NCBI GenBank assembly: GCA_001750625.1
Contig: MEIE01000005.1
Coordinates: 1-47,075, forward strand
Length of the DNA stretch: 47,075 nucleotides
Direction: 5' to 3'
From: Candidatus Amphirhobacter heronislandensis
GTDB lineage: Bacteria; Pseudomonadota; Gammaproteobacteria; Tethybacterales; Tethybacteraceae
Shown: positions 39,629-47,075 of the stretch, piece by piece
Layout of the letters: every line of letters begins with the position of its first letter
Numbering within the stretch: position 1 is the first letter of the stretch
The notes under the pieces: generated by a model
What the model was told of the DNA's origin: nothing
Seen by the model: the letters and a program-made list of their open reading frames with translations, nothing else
Databases searched by the model: none
Translations under genes and position numbers: made by a program

Positions 39629-40837
39629 ATGCCTGAACGACCAGCCCCAGACCCCAAGGCCGCGCCCTGGTGGCGGCGGCCGCGCACGCGCGGCTATTTC
39701 TACCAGGCCATGGTGGTGGTCGGCACGCTGTACCTGCTGTACGTGCTGGTGAGCAACACGGTCGCGAACCTGCGCGACCGCAGCATCAAGACCAGCTTTG
39801 CTTTTTTGGAAGAGACGGCGACCTTCGCCATCCCGCTGAACTTCTTCCCGTTCTGGGACTTCACCTTGGGCGAATCGGTCTACTGGGACGTCTTCATCAT
39901 CGGCGTCCAGAACACCATCATCATCACCCTGCTCGGCATCCCGACCGCGACCATCCTCGGCCTGACGCTGGGCGTGACCATGCTGTCGCCGAACTTCCTG
40001 CTGCGCAAGCTGTCGACCGGCTTCGTCGAGATCTTCCGCAACACGCCGCTGCTGCTGCAGCTGCTGTTCTGGCACTTCGCCTTCTTCCCGCCGATCTACA
40101 ACAGCCTGCCGCCGGTGCGCGAGAGCATCCTCACCGGCGGCATGGTGATCAACAGCGCGGGCATCTACCTGCCGGCGCCGACGCTGGCGGGCTCGGCGGG
40201 CTGGGCGCTGGCGGCGTTCTTGGCGGTCGCGGCGGTCGCGGCGGTGATGCTGGCGCGCCACGCCCACCGGCGGCGGATGGAGACCGGCGTGGGCTTGCCG
40301 ACCGGCACCTACATCGTGGGGATCTTCGTGCTGGCGCTGGCCGCCTTCATGTTCTTTTTCGGCGACCAGGTCGGGGTCGACCTGCCGGAGAAGAAGGGCC
40401 TGAACTACCGCGGCGGCATGCGGCCGACCAAGGAGATCATCTCGCTGTGGTTCGGCCTGACGGTCTACACCTCGACCTACATCGCCGAGAACGTCCGCGG
40501 CGGCATCCTGTCGGTGAATCCGGGGCAGAGCGAGGCGGGCATGGCGCTGGGCCTGAGCCGGGTGCTGCGCATGAAGCTGGTGGTCCTGCCGCAGGCGCTG
40601 CGGGTGATCATCCCGCCGACGATCAGCCAGTACCTGAACCTGACGAAGAACTCCTCGCTGGCGGTGGCGGTGGGCTATCCGGACATCACCAACATCTGGC
40701 TGGGGATCGCGCTCAACCAGACCGGCCAGGCTTTGATCATCGTCTTCATGACCATCGTGGTCTACGAGACCATCAACGCGCTGACCTCGCTGGCGACCAA
40801 CCTGTACAACCGCAGCGTGCAGATCCAGGAGCGCTGA
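39629..40837 (+). CDS. aapQ: amino acid ABC transporter permease
   Basis: VEIFRNTPLLLQL, EAA loop GQSEAGMALGL, LTKNSSLA; start 39614 or 39629. Confidence 0.9.
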   Translation: MPERPAPDPKAAPWWRRPRTRGYFYQAMVVVGTLYLLYVLVSNTVANLRDRSIKTSFAFLEETATFAIPLNFFPFWDFTLGESVYWDVFIIGVQNTIIITLLGIPTATILGLTLGVTMLSPNFLLRKLSTGFVEIFRNTPLLLQLLFWHFAFFPPIYNSLPPVRESILTGGMVINSAGIYLPAPTLAGSAGWALAAFLAVAAVAAVMLARHAHRRRMETGVGLPTGTYIVGIFVLALAAFMFFFGDQVGVDLPEKKGLNYRGGMRPTKEIISLWFGLTVYTSTYIAENVRGGILSVNPGQSEAGMALGLSRVLRMKLVVLPQALRVIIPPTISQYLNLTKNSSLAVAVGYPDITNIWLGIALNQTGQALIIVFMTIVVYETINALTSLATNLYNRSVQIQER

Positions 40838-40838
40838 C

Positions 40839-41972
40839 ATGGACGGCATCAGCCACCGCCACCCCGCGCTGCACTGGCTGCACGTCAACCTGTTCTCGTC
40901 GCCGACCAACACGATCCTGACCCTCCTCGCGGCGCTGCTGCTGTGGCAGCTGGTGCCGCCGGCCCTGAACTGGGCGGTGTTCGAGGCGACCTTCTCCGGC
41001 ACCGATTCGGACGCCTGCAAGTACGTCGACGAGCACGGCGAGAAGGTCGACGCGCCCGGCGCCTGCTGGACCTTCGTCAAGATCCGCTGGCCGCAGTTCC
41101 TGTTCGGGCTGTGGTACACGCGCAACTTCGACCAGGCCTGGCGGCCGGTGCTGGCCTTCGTCCTGGCGCTGGGCATCATCGCGGCGCTGGCGCTGCCGAT
41201 GTTCAGCCACAAGCAGCGCTACCAGATCGCGGCCGGCGCGCTGGTCGTCTACCCCTTCGTCGCCTACGCCCTTTTGAACGGCGCCTGGCTGGGGCTGCCG
41301 GAGGCCAAGACCGCCGACTGGGGCGGCCTGACCCTGACGCTGGTGCTGGCGTCGCTCGGCATCATCGCGGCCTTCCCGCTGGGCGTGTGCCTGGCGCTGG
41401 CGCGGCGCTCGCGCATGCCGGTGGTCAAGGGCTACGCGGTGCTGTGGATCGAGATGTTCCGGGGCATGCCGCTGATCACGCTGCTGTTCATCGCCTCGGT
41501 CATGCTGCCCTACTTCTTCCCCATCGGCACCGAGATCGACAAGGTCGTGCGCGCGATCATCGCGATCACGATCTTCCAGTCGGCGTACACCGCCGAGGCG
41601 ATCCGCGGCGGGCTGAGCGCGGTGCCGCGGGGGCAGTACGAGGCCGCCGAGGCGCTGGGCTTCGGCTTTTGGAAGAGCACCATCCTCATCACGCTGCCCC
41701 AGGCGCTGAAGATCTCGATCCCGGCGATCATGAACTCCTTCATCCAGCTGTTCAAGGACACCTCGCTGGTGCTGATCATCGGCCTGCTGGAGCTGTTGAA
41801 CATCATCCAGGTCGCGGCGCGCTCGTCGCAGTGGAAGGGCTACGAGGCGGAGGGCTACATCTTCGCGGCGGCGACCTTCTTCTTCTTCTGCTACAGCATG
41901 TCGCTGTACTCGCGGGGGCTGGAGCGGCGGCTGGACACCTCGCTCGCGGCGCGGCGGGCGCAGCAGGACTGA
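40839..41972 (+). CDS. aapM: amino acid ABC transporter permease
   Basis: [33 protein letters not shown]. Confidence 0.9.
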   Translation: MDGISHRHPALHWLHVNLFSSPTNTILTLLAALLLWQLVPPALNWAVFEATFSGTDSDACKYVDEHGEKVDAPGACWTFVKIRWPQFLFGLWYTRNFDQAWRPVLAFVLALGIIAALALPMFSHKQRYQIAAGALVVYPFVAYALLNGAWLGLPEAKTADWGGLTLTLVLASLGIIAAFPLGVCLALARRSRMPVVKGYAVLWIEMFRGMPLITLLFIASVMLPYFFPIGTEIDKVVRAIIAITIFQSAYTAEAIRGGLSAVPRGQYEAAEALGFGFWKSTILITLPQALKISIPAIMNSFIQLFKDTSLVLIIGLLELLNIIQVAARSSQWKGYEAEGYIFAAATFFFFCYSMSLYSRGLERRLDTSLAARRAQQD

Positions 41973-42012
41973 GGCCGGACGTAATAGAATCGGCCGGCGG
42001 GAAGCACTTGAC

Positions 42013-42804
42013 ATGACCGAAGCGAACGGCGGCGGCGCGCAGGAAAAAAGCGCGGAGTCCATCATCCAGATCCGGGGCCTGAACAAATGGTTCGGCCCGC
42101 AGCTGCACGTGCTGCGCGACATCGACCTCGACGTCAAGGTGGGCGAGAAGATCGTGATCTGCGGCCCCTCCGGCTCGGGCAAGTCGACCCTGATCCGCTG
42201 CATCAACCGCCTCGAACACCACCAAAAGGGCAGCATCATCGTCGACGGCACCGAGCTGACCGAGGACCTCAAGAGCATCGACGAGGTCCGCCGGGACGTC
42301 GGCATGGTCTTCCAGCACTTCAACCTGTTCCCGCATCTGACCATCCTCGACAACCTGATCCTCGCGCCGGTGTGGGTCAAGAAGGAGCCCAAGGCCAAGG
42401 CGACCGAGACCGCGATGCACTACCTCGAGCGGGTCAAGATCCCCGAGCAGGCGCACAAGTATCCCGGCCAGCTCTCCGGCGGCCAGCAGCAGCGGGTCGC
42501 GATCGCGCGGGCGCTGTGCATGAACCCGAAGATCATGCTGTTCGACGAGCCGACCTCGGCGCTGGACCCGGAGATGATCTCCGAGGTCCTGGACGTGATG
42601 GCCGAGCTGGCGCGCGAGGGCATGACGATGCTGGTGGTGACCCACGAGATGGGCTTCGCCAGCCAGGTCGCCGACTGCGTGATCTTCATGGACGAAGGCA
42701 GCATCGTCGAGTGCAGCGAGCCGGGCAAGGTCGAGGAGTTTTTCAAGCATCCGACCAACGAGCGGACCCAGAAATTCTTCGGCCAGATCCTGCATCATAT
42801 ATAA
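42013..42804 (+). CDS. aapP: amino acid ABC transporter ATP-binding protein
   Basis: [33 protein letters not shown]. Confidence 0.93.
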   Translation: MTEANGGGAQEKSAESIIQIRGLNKWFGPQLHVLRDIDLDVKVGEKIVICGPSGSGKSTLIRCINRLEHHQKGSIIVDGTELTEDLKSIDEVRRDVGMVFQHFNLFPHLTILDNLILAPVWVKKEPKAKATETAMHYLERVKIPEQAHKYPGQLSGGQQQRVAIARALCMNPKIMLFDEPTSALDPEMISEVLDVMAELAREGMTMLVVTHEMGFASQVADCVIFMDEGSIVECSEPGKVEEFFKHPTNERTQKFFGQILHHI

Positions 42805-42827
42805 TAAGCGGCGGCAGAGCATCTGAC

Positions 42828-42965
42828 ATGGCACACCTCACTTACCGGCCCTCGCGCGTCAAGCGCAAGCGCAAGCATGGCTTCCGCAAGCGCATGCGGA
42901 CCAAAAGCGGCCGCGCCATCATCAACGCCCACCGCCGCAAAGGCAGCAGGCGCCTGGCCGTCTGA
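42828..42965 (+). CDS. rpmH: 50S ribosomal protein L34
   Basis: [45 protein letters not shown]. Confidence 0.95.
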   Translation: MAHLTYRPSRVKRKRKHGFRKRMRTKSGRAIINAHRRKGSRRLAV

Positions 42966-42969
42966 CATA

Positions 42970-43317
42970 TTGTCCCCCTGGCGGGACCATCGCCTGCGCG
43001 GACGGCATTTCGCGGACGTTTTCGCCAAGGGCAGCGCCATCAATGGACGGCTCCTGCGCATCCACTACCTCGATTCGGGCGCCGGCCCGGCCCGGCTGGG
43101 CATGGCGGTCAGCAAGAAGCGCGCCGGCAATATCGTCCAGGTCAACCGAATCCGGCGGCGCGTCCGCGAGCAGTTCCGGCTCCGCAAGGGGAAGCTGGCG
43201 GGCATGATGCTGGCGGTGGTGCTGCGGGCCGACTGCCGCACTGAGGACGACGCCCGGGCGGCGGCGGCGGAGTGCCGCGGCCTGCTGGAGAAGCTGGCGA
43301 AGCGCAAAGAACGATGA
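42970..43317 (+). CDS. rnpA: ribonuclease P protein component
   Basis: RLGMAVSKK, VNRIRRRVREQFR; TTG start inferred; lies between rpmH and yidC. Confidence 0.85.
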   Translation: MSPWRDHRLRGRHFADVFAKGSAINGRLLRIHYLDSGAGPARLGMAVSKKRAGNIVQVNRIRRRVREQFRLRKGKLAGMMLAVVLRADCRTEDDARAAAAECRGLLEKLAKRKER

Positions 43318-45002
43318 ACCGGGACTTCATGCGGCTGCTGGTGACGGGGGCCTTCGCCTTCAGCTGCCTGCTGCTGTACCAGCGCTGGGTGGCGCACCAG
43401 CAGGAGCGCATCGAGGACATCCTGGTGGGCGATTCGCCCCCGAGCGAAGCCGCGGCCCGCCCGCCCGCGGCCGCCGCCCCGGCCCCGGCCGCGAGCGACG
43501 AAGCCGTCCCCGAGGTGACCCAGCAGCTGACGACGCCCGCGTCCGACCCCGAAGACGAGCTGCCGGCCGCGACGCCGGCGCCCGCCGCCGCCGCCCCGGC
43601 CGCGGTGGTGGCGACGATCGCCAACGAGACCGTCAGCGCCAGCTTCAACGCCGGCGGCGACCTCGTGCGGCTGGAGATGCCGATGCACCGGGTGAGCCTC
43701 AACGGCCCGCCGCTGCCGCTGTTCCTGGACACGCCCTCGCACCATCTGTATCCGCAGACCGGGCTGCTGGGCGACGGCCTGCCGACGCATCAGGACGCCG
43801 GCTGGCGCTACAGCGAGGATCTGTCCAGCCCCGGGCAGGCGGCGAGCGTCTGGACCGGCGGCGGCGTCCGGATCACCCGCAGCTACGTCCTGACGCCCGA
43901 GCCCTACCAGCTGTCGGTGGTGCACGTCGTTGAAAACAATTCGCAAAATCAGATAGCTGGCCACGTCTATTACCAGTTCATCCGGGACGGCGCCGAGCCG
44001 CTGTCGTACGCCTCGACCATCCCCTCCTTCTACGGCGCGGCGATCTACACCGAAGCAGACAAGTACCAGAAATTCGATTTCGACGAGTTCAGCGACAGCT
44101 ATCCGAAGCGGGTCGAGGACGGCTGGATCGGCTTCATCCAGCGCTATTTCATGGCGGTGTGGCTGGACAGCGGCGAGGCGCGGGAGAACTCGATGCGCAA
44201 CCTGCCGAACGGCGACGTGGCGATCGGCATCATCCGGCCGCTGGCGCCGGTCCCACCAGGGGCGGCCGCGACCGTCGCCCAGGTCATGTACGCCGGCGCG
44301 CTGGAGCAGCGCATCCTCAAGAACATCGACGAGGAGCTGGGCCGCAACCTGAGCCTGGCGGTGGACTACGGCTGGCTGACGCTGCTGGCGGCGCCGCTGT
44401 TCTCCCTGCTGGACCTGATCCATCAGGGCGTCGGCAACTGGGGGCTGGCGATCGTGCTGCTGACGGTGCTGATCAAGCTGGTGTTCTTCCCGCTGTCGGC
44501 GAAGTCCTACCGCTCGATGGCGCGGCTGCGCAAGGTCACGCCGCAGCTGCAGGCGATCCGCGAGCGCTACAAGGACAAGCGCGAGGAGTTCCAAAAGGCG
44601 ACCATGGAGCTGTACCGCAAGGAGAAGATCAACCCCTTCGGCGGCTGCCTGCCGATCCTGATCCAGATTCCGGTCTTCATCGCCCTGTACTGGATGCTGC
44701 TCGAAGCGGTCGAGCTGCGCCAGGCGCCGCTGGGGCTGTGGATCGGCGACCTGTCGAGCCCGGACCCCTTCTACGTGCTGCCGCTGCTGCTGGGCGTGGC
44801 GATGTACGGCCAGTTCAAGCTCAATCCGGCGCCGACGGACCCGACGCAGGCGATGATCATGAAAATCATGCCGGTGGGCTTCGCGGCCTTTTCGATCATC
44901 ATGCCCTCGGGGCTGGTGCTTTACTGGATCGCCAACACGGCGCTCTCGATCGCCCAGCAGTGGCAGATCACCCGCAGCATTGACGGCCCGCGGCGCAAAT
45001 AG
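43314..45002 (+). CDS. yidC: membrane protein insertase YidC
   Basis: VDYGWL, GNWGLAIVLLT, NPFGGCLP, LVLYW. Confidence 0.96.
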   Translation: MNRDFMRLLVTGAFAFSCLLLYQRWVAHQQERIEDILVGDSPPSEAAARPPAAAAPAPAASDEAVPEVTQQLTTPASDPEDELPAATPAPAAAAPAAVVATIANETVSASFNAGGDLVRLEMPMHRVSLNGPPLPLFLDTPSHHLYPQTGLLGDGLPTHQDAGWRYSEDLSSPGQAASVWTGGGVRITRSYVLTPEPYQLSVVHVVENNSQNQIAGHVYYQFIRDGAEPLSYASTIPSFYGAAIYTEADKYQKFDFDEFSDSYPKRVEDGWIGFIQRYFMAVWLDSGEARENSMRNLPNGDVAIGIIRPLAPVPPGAAATVAQVMYAGALEQRILKNIDEELGRNLSLAVDYGWLTLLAAPLFSLLDLIHQGVGNWGLAIVLLTVLIKLVFFPLSAKSYRSMARLRKVTPQLQAIRERYKDKREEFQKATMELYRKEKINPFGGCLPILIQIPVFIALYWMLLEAVELRQAPLGLWIGDLSSPDPFYVLPLLLGVAMYGQFKLNPAPTDPTQAMIMKIMPVGFAAFSIIMPSGLVLYWIANTALSIAQQWQITRSIDGPRRK

Positions 45003-46293
45003 CGGCGAGCTGATCGCGGCCGCGGCGACGGCCCAGGGCAAGGGCGCCATCGGCATCGTGCGCCTGTCGGGGACCGGCGCCGCGGCGCTGGCGAAGCGGC
45101 TGCTCGACCGGCCGCCCCGGCCCGGCCGCGTCAACCGCCGCCGCTTTTTGGCCGCCGACGGCGGCGTCATCGACGAAGGCCTGGTGCTGGCCTTCCGCGC
45201 GCCGCGCTCCTTCACCGGCGAGGACATGCTCGAGCTGCATGGCCACGGCGGGACCGCGGTGCTGCAGGCCCTGCTCGCGCGCTGCATCGAGCTCGGCGCC
45301 CGGCTCGCCGAGCCCGGCGAGTTCGCGCTGCGGGCCTTCGGCAACGGCAAGATCGATCTGACCCAGGCCGAGGGCATCGCGGACCTGATCAACGCGACCA
45401 GCGCCCGCGCCGCGCGGCTCGCGGCGGCGAGCATGGGCGGCGCCCTGCGGGCCGCCCTCGACGGCCTCGGCGCCGAGCTGCTGGCGGCGCGGGGCCAGCT
45501 CGAGGCCGCGATCGACTTCGGCGAGGACGTGGACTTCGGCGGCAAACACCAGCGCCGCCTGCGCGCCGACCTCAAGCGCCTGAGCGCGCGCGCCGCGGCG
45601 CTGCTGGCCGAATGCCGGCGGGCGGCGGCCTGCCAGGAAGGCGCGAGCATCGCGCTGGTCGGGCGGCCGAACGCGGGCAAGTCGAGCCTGCTGAACGCGC
45701 TGGCGGGCCGGGACGCGGCGATCGTCGACGGCCGGCCCGGGACCACCCGCGACGTGGTGACGGCGACGGTGGAGATCGACGGCGTCGCCGCGACGGTCTA
45801 CGACACCGCGGGGCTGCGCGACGGCGGCTCGAAGGTCGAGCGCGAAGGCATGCGGCGCGCCCGGCGGCGGCAGGAGGAGGCCGACGTGGTGGTCCTGGTC
45901 CAGGACGTCCGGGACGAGCGGCCGGCGGCGGCGGCGCACGACGTCCTCGCGCTCAACAAGATCGACCTGCTGCCGCAGCGGCCGCGGGCCGGCGGCAAAA
46001 AGGTGCCGGTGGCGGCGAAGACCGGCGCCGGCCTGCCCGCCCTGCGGCGGGCGCTGGCGCGGGCGCTGGGGCGCGGCGGAGGCGACGAGCCGGCCTTCTT
46101 GGCGCGGGCGCGGCACGTCCGGGCCCTCGAGGAGGCCGCGGCGGCGCTGGCGGCGGCGGCGGCCGGCGGCGAGCTGGTGGCGGCGGCCGAGGAGCTGCGG
46201 CGCGCCCAGGAGCGGCTGGGGACGATCACCGGCGCGGTGGGCGTCGAGGACCTGCTCGGCGAGATCTTCGCCCGGTTCTGCATAGGGAAATAA
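44980..46293 (+). CDS. mnmE: tRNA modification GTPase MnmE
   Basis: SFTGED, GRPNAGKSS, GTTRD, DTAG, NKID, C-terminal FCIGK. Confidence 0.96.
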   Translation: MTARGANSGELIAAAATAQGKGAIGIVRLSGTGAAALAKRLLDRPPRPGRVNRRRFLAADGGVIDEGLVLAFRAPRSFTGEDMLELHGHGGTAVLQALLARCIELGARLAEPGEFALRAFGNGKIDLTQAEGIADLINATSARAARLAAASMGGALRAALDGLGAELLAARGQLEAAIDFGEDVDFGGKHQRRLRADLKRLSARAAALLAECRRAAACQEGASIALVGRPNAGKSSLLNALAGRDAAIVDGRPGTTRDVVTATVEIDGVAATVYDTAGLRDGGSKVEREGMRRARRRQEEADVVVLVQDVRDERPAAAAHDVLALNKIDLLPQRPRAGGKKVPVAAKTGAGLPALRRALARALGRGGGDEPAFLARARHVRALEEAAAALAAAAAGGELVAAAEELRRAQERLGTITGAVGVEDLLGEIFARFCIGK

Positions 46294-46306
46294 TAAAATC
46301 AGCGGC

Positions 46307-47075
46307 ATGAAAACCCTCTCCATCCGCCTCGCGCTGCGCGGACTCTGCCTGGCGGCCCTCGCGGCGGCGCCCGGCGCCGGCGCGCAGACCATGAAACTGA
46401 TCCAGGACCGGGACGAGCTCATCTGCGGCGTCTCCGGCCTGCTGACCGGCTTTTCCGCCCCGGACGACAACGGCGTCATGCAGGGCCTGGACGCCGACTT
46501 CTGCCGGGGGCTGGCGGCCGCGGTCCTCGGCGACCAGGACAAGGTGCGCTTCGTCAACCTGACGGCCAAGGAGCGCTTCGAGGCCCTGGCCTCGGGCGAG
46601 GTCGACCTGCTGGCGCGCAACTCGACCCACACCCTGACGCGGGACGCCTCGCTGGGGCTGAACTTCACCTACTACAACTTCATCGACGGCCAGGGCTTCA
46701 TGGTCTTCGAGGACCTGGACGTCAGCAGCGTCCTGCAGCTCGACGGCGCCCGCATCTGCGTGCAGTCGGGGACGACGACCGAATCCAACCTGGCGGACTA
46801 CTTCCGCCAGCACGACATGGAGTACGAGCAGATCACCTACGACAACATGACCGAGGCGACCCGCGGCTTCGAGAACAACTACTGCGACGTGATCACCACC
46901 GACGCCTCGGGGCTGGCCTCGGTGCGCACCGACCTCGCCAACCCGGCGCGGGCGATGATCCTGCCTGAGATCATCTCCAAGGAGCCGCTGGGCCCGGTGG
47001 TCCGGCAGGGCGACGACGAGTTCCTCAACGTGGTCAAGTGGGCGCTGTACGCGATGATCAACGCCGAGGAGCTGG
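46307..47075 (+). CDS. aapJ: second AapJ-type amino acid binding protein (runs off window)
   Basis: ATG at 46307, MKTLSIRLAL...; close paralog of 38472-39506 (ERFEALASGEVD, ISKEPLGPVVRQGD). Confidence 0.9.
   Translation, partial: MKTLSIRLALRGLCLAALAAAPGAGAQTMKLIQDRDELICGVSGLLTGFSAPDDNGVMQGLDADFCRGLAAAVLGDQDKVRFVNLTAKERFEALASGEVDLLARNSTHTLTRDASLGLNFTYYNFIDGQGFMVFEDLDVSSVLQLDGARICVQSGTTTESNLADYFRQHDMEYEQITYDNMTEATRGFENNYCDVITTDASGLASVRTDLANPARAMILPEIISKEPLGPVVRQGDDEFLNVVKWALYAMINAEEL

Noticed and set aside
42800-42830. oriC upstream of rpmH
   Set aside because: Only 23 nt of intergenic DNA, no DnaA-box cluster and no dnaA.

Overview
High-GC bacterial chromosome segment with very compact gene packing. 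Gene orders such as leuS-lptE-holA-proA, lpdA-zapE and tsaB-udg point to a betaproteobacterial-type lineage (inference). Most genes are housekeeping: leuB (partial), leuD, sucCD, fpr, map, zapE, lpdA, bamE, dapB, ribF, sodA, gcvTHP under a tandem glycine riboswitch, xseB, ispA, pcnB, tsaB, trkAH, aapJQMP, rpmH-rnpA-yidC-mnmE and a second aapJ (partial). Two regions stand out. (1) A tandem leucyl-tRNA synthetase duplication at 26.5-32.7 kb. Copy 1 is divergent but keeps HVGH and KMSKS. Copy 2 is translationally coupled to it, is about 1264 aa, has lost HIGH, KMSKS and the editing Asp, and carries an insertion of about 430 aa built from 38-aa and 12-aa repeats. (2) An AT-richer putative defence islet at about 21.0-26.4 kb, with a DUF262+HNH (GmrSD/SspE-like) gene, a small putative nuclease gene and two tandem paralogous ABC-type ATPases with degenerate motifs, one of them frameshifted. 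The adjacent udg gene is also frameshifted. I saw no tRNA, rRNA, CRISPR array, integrase or transposase.
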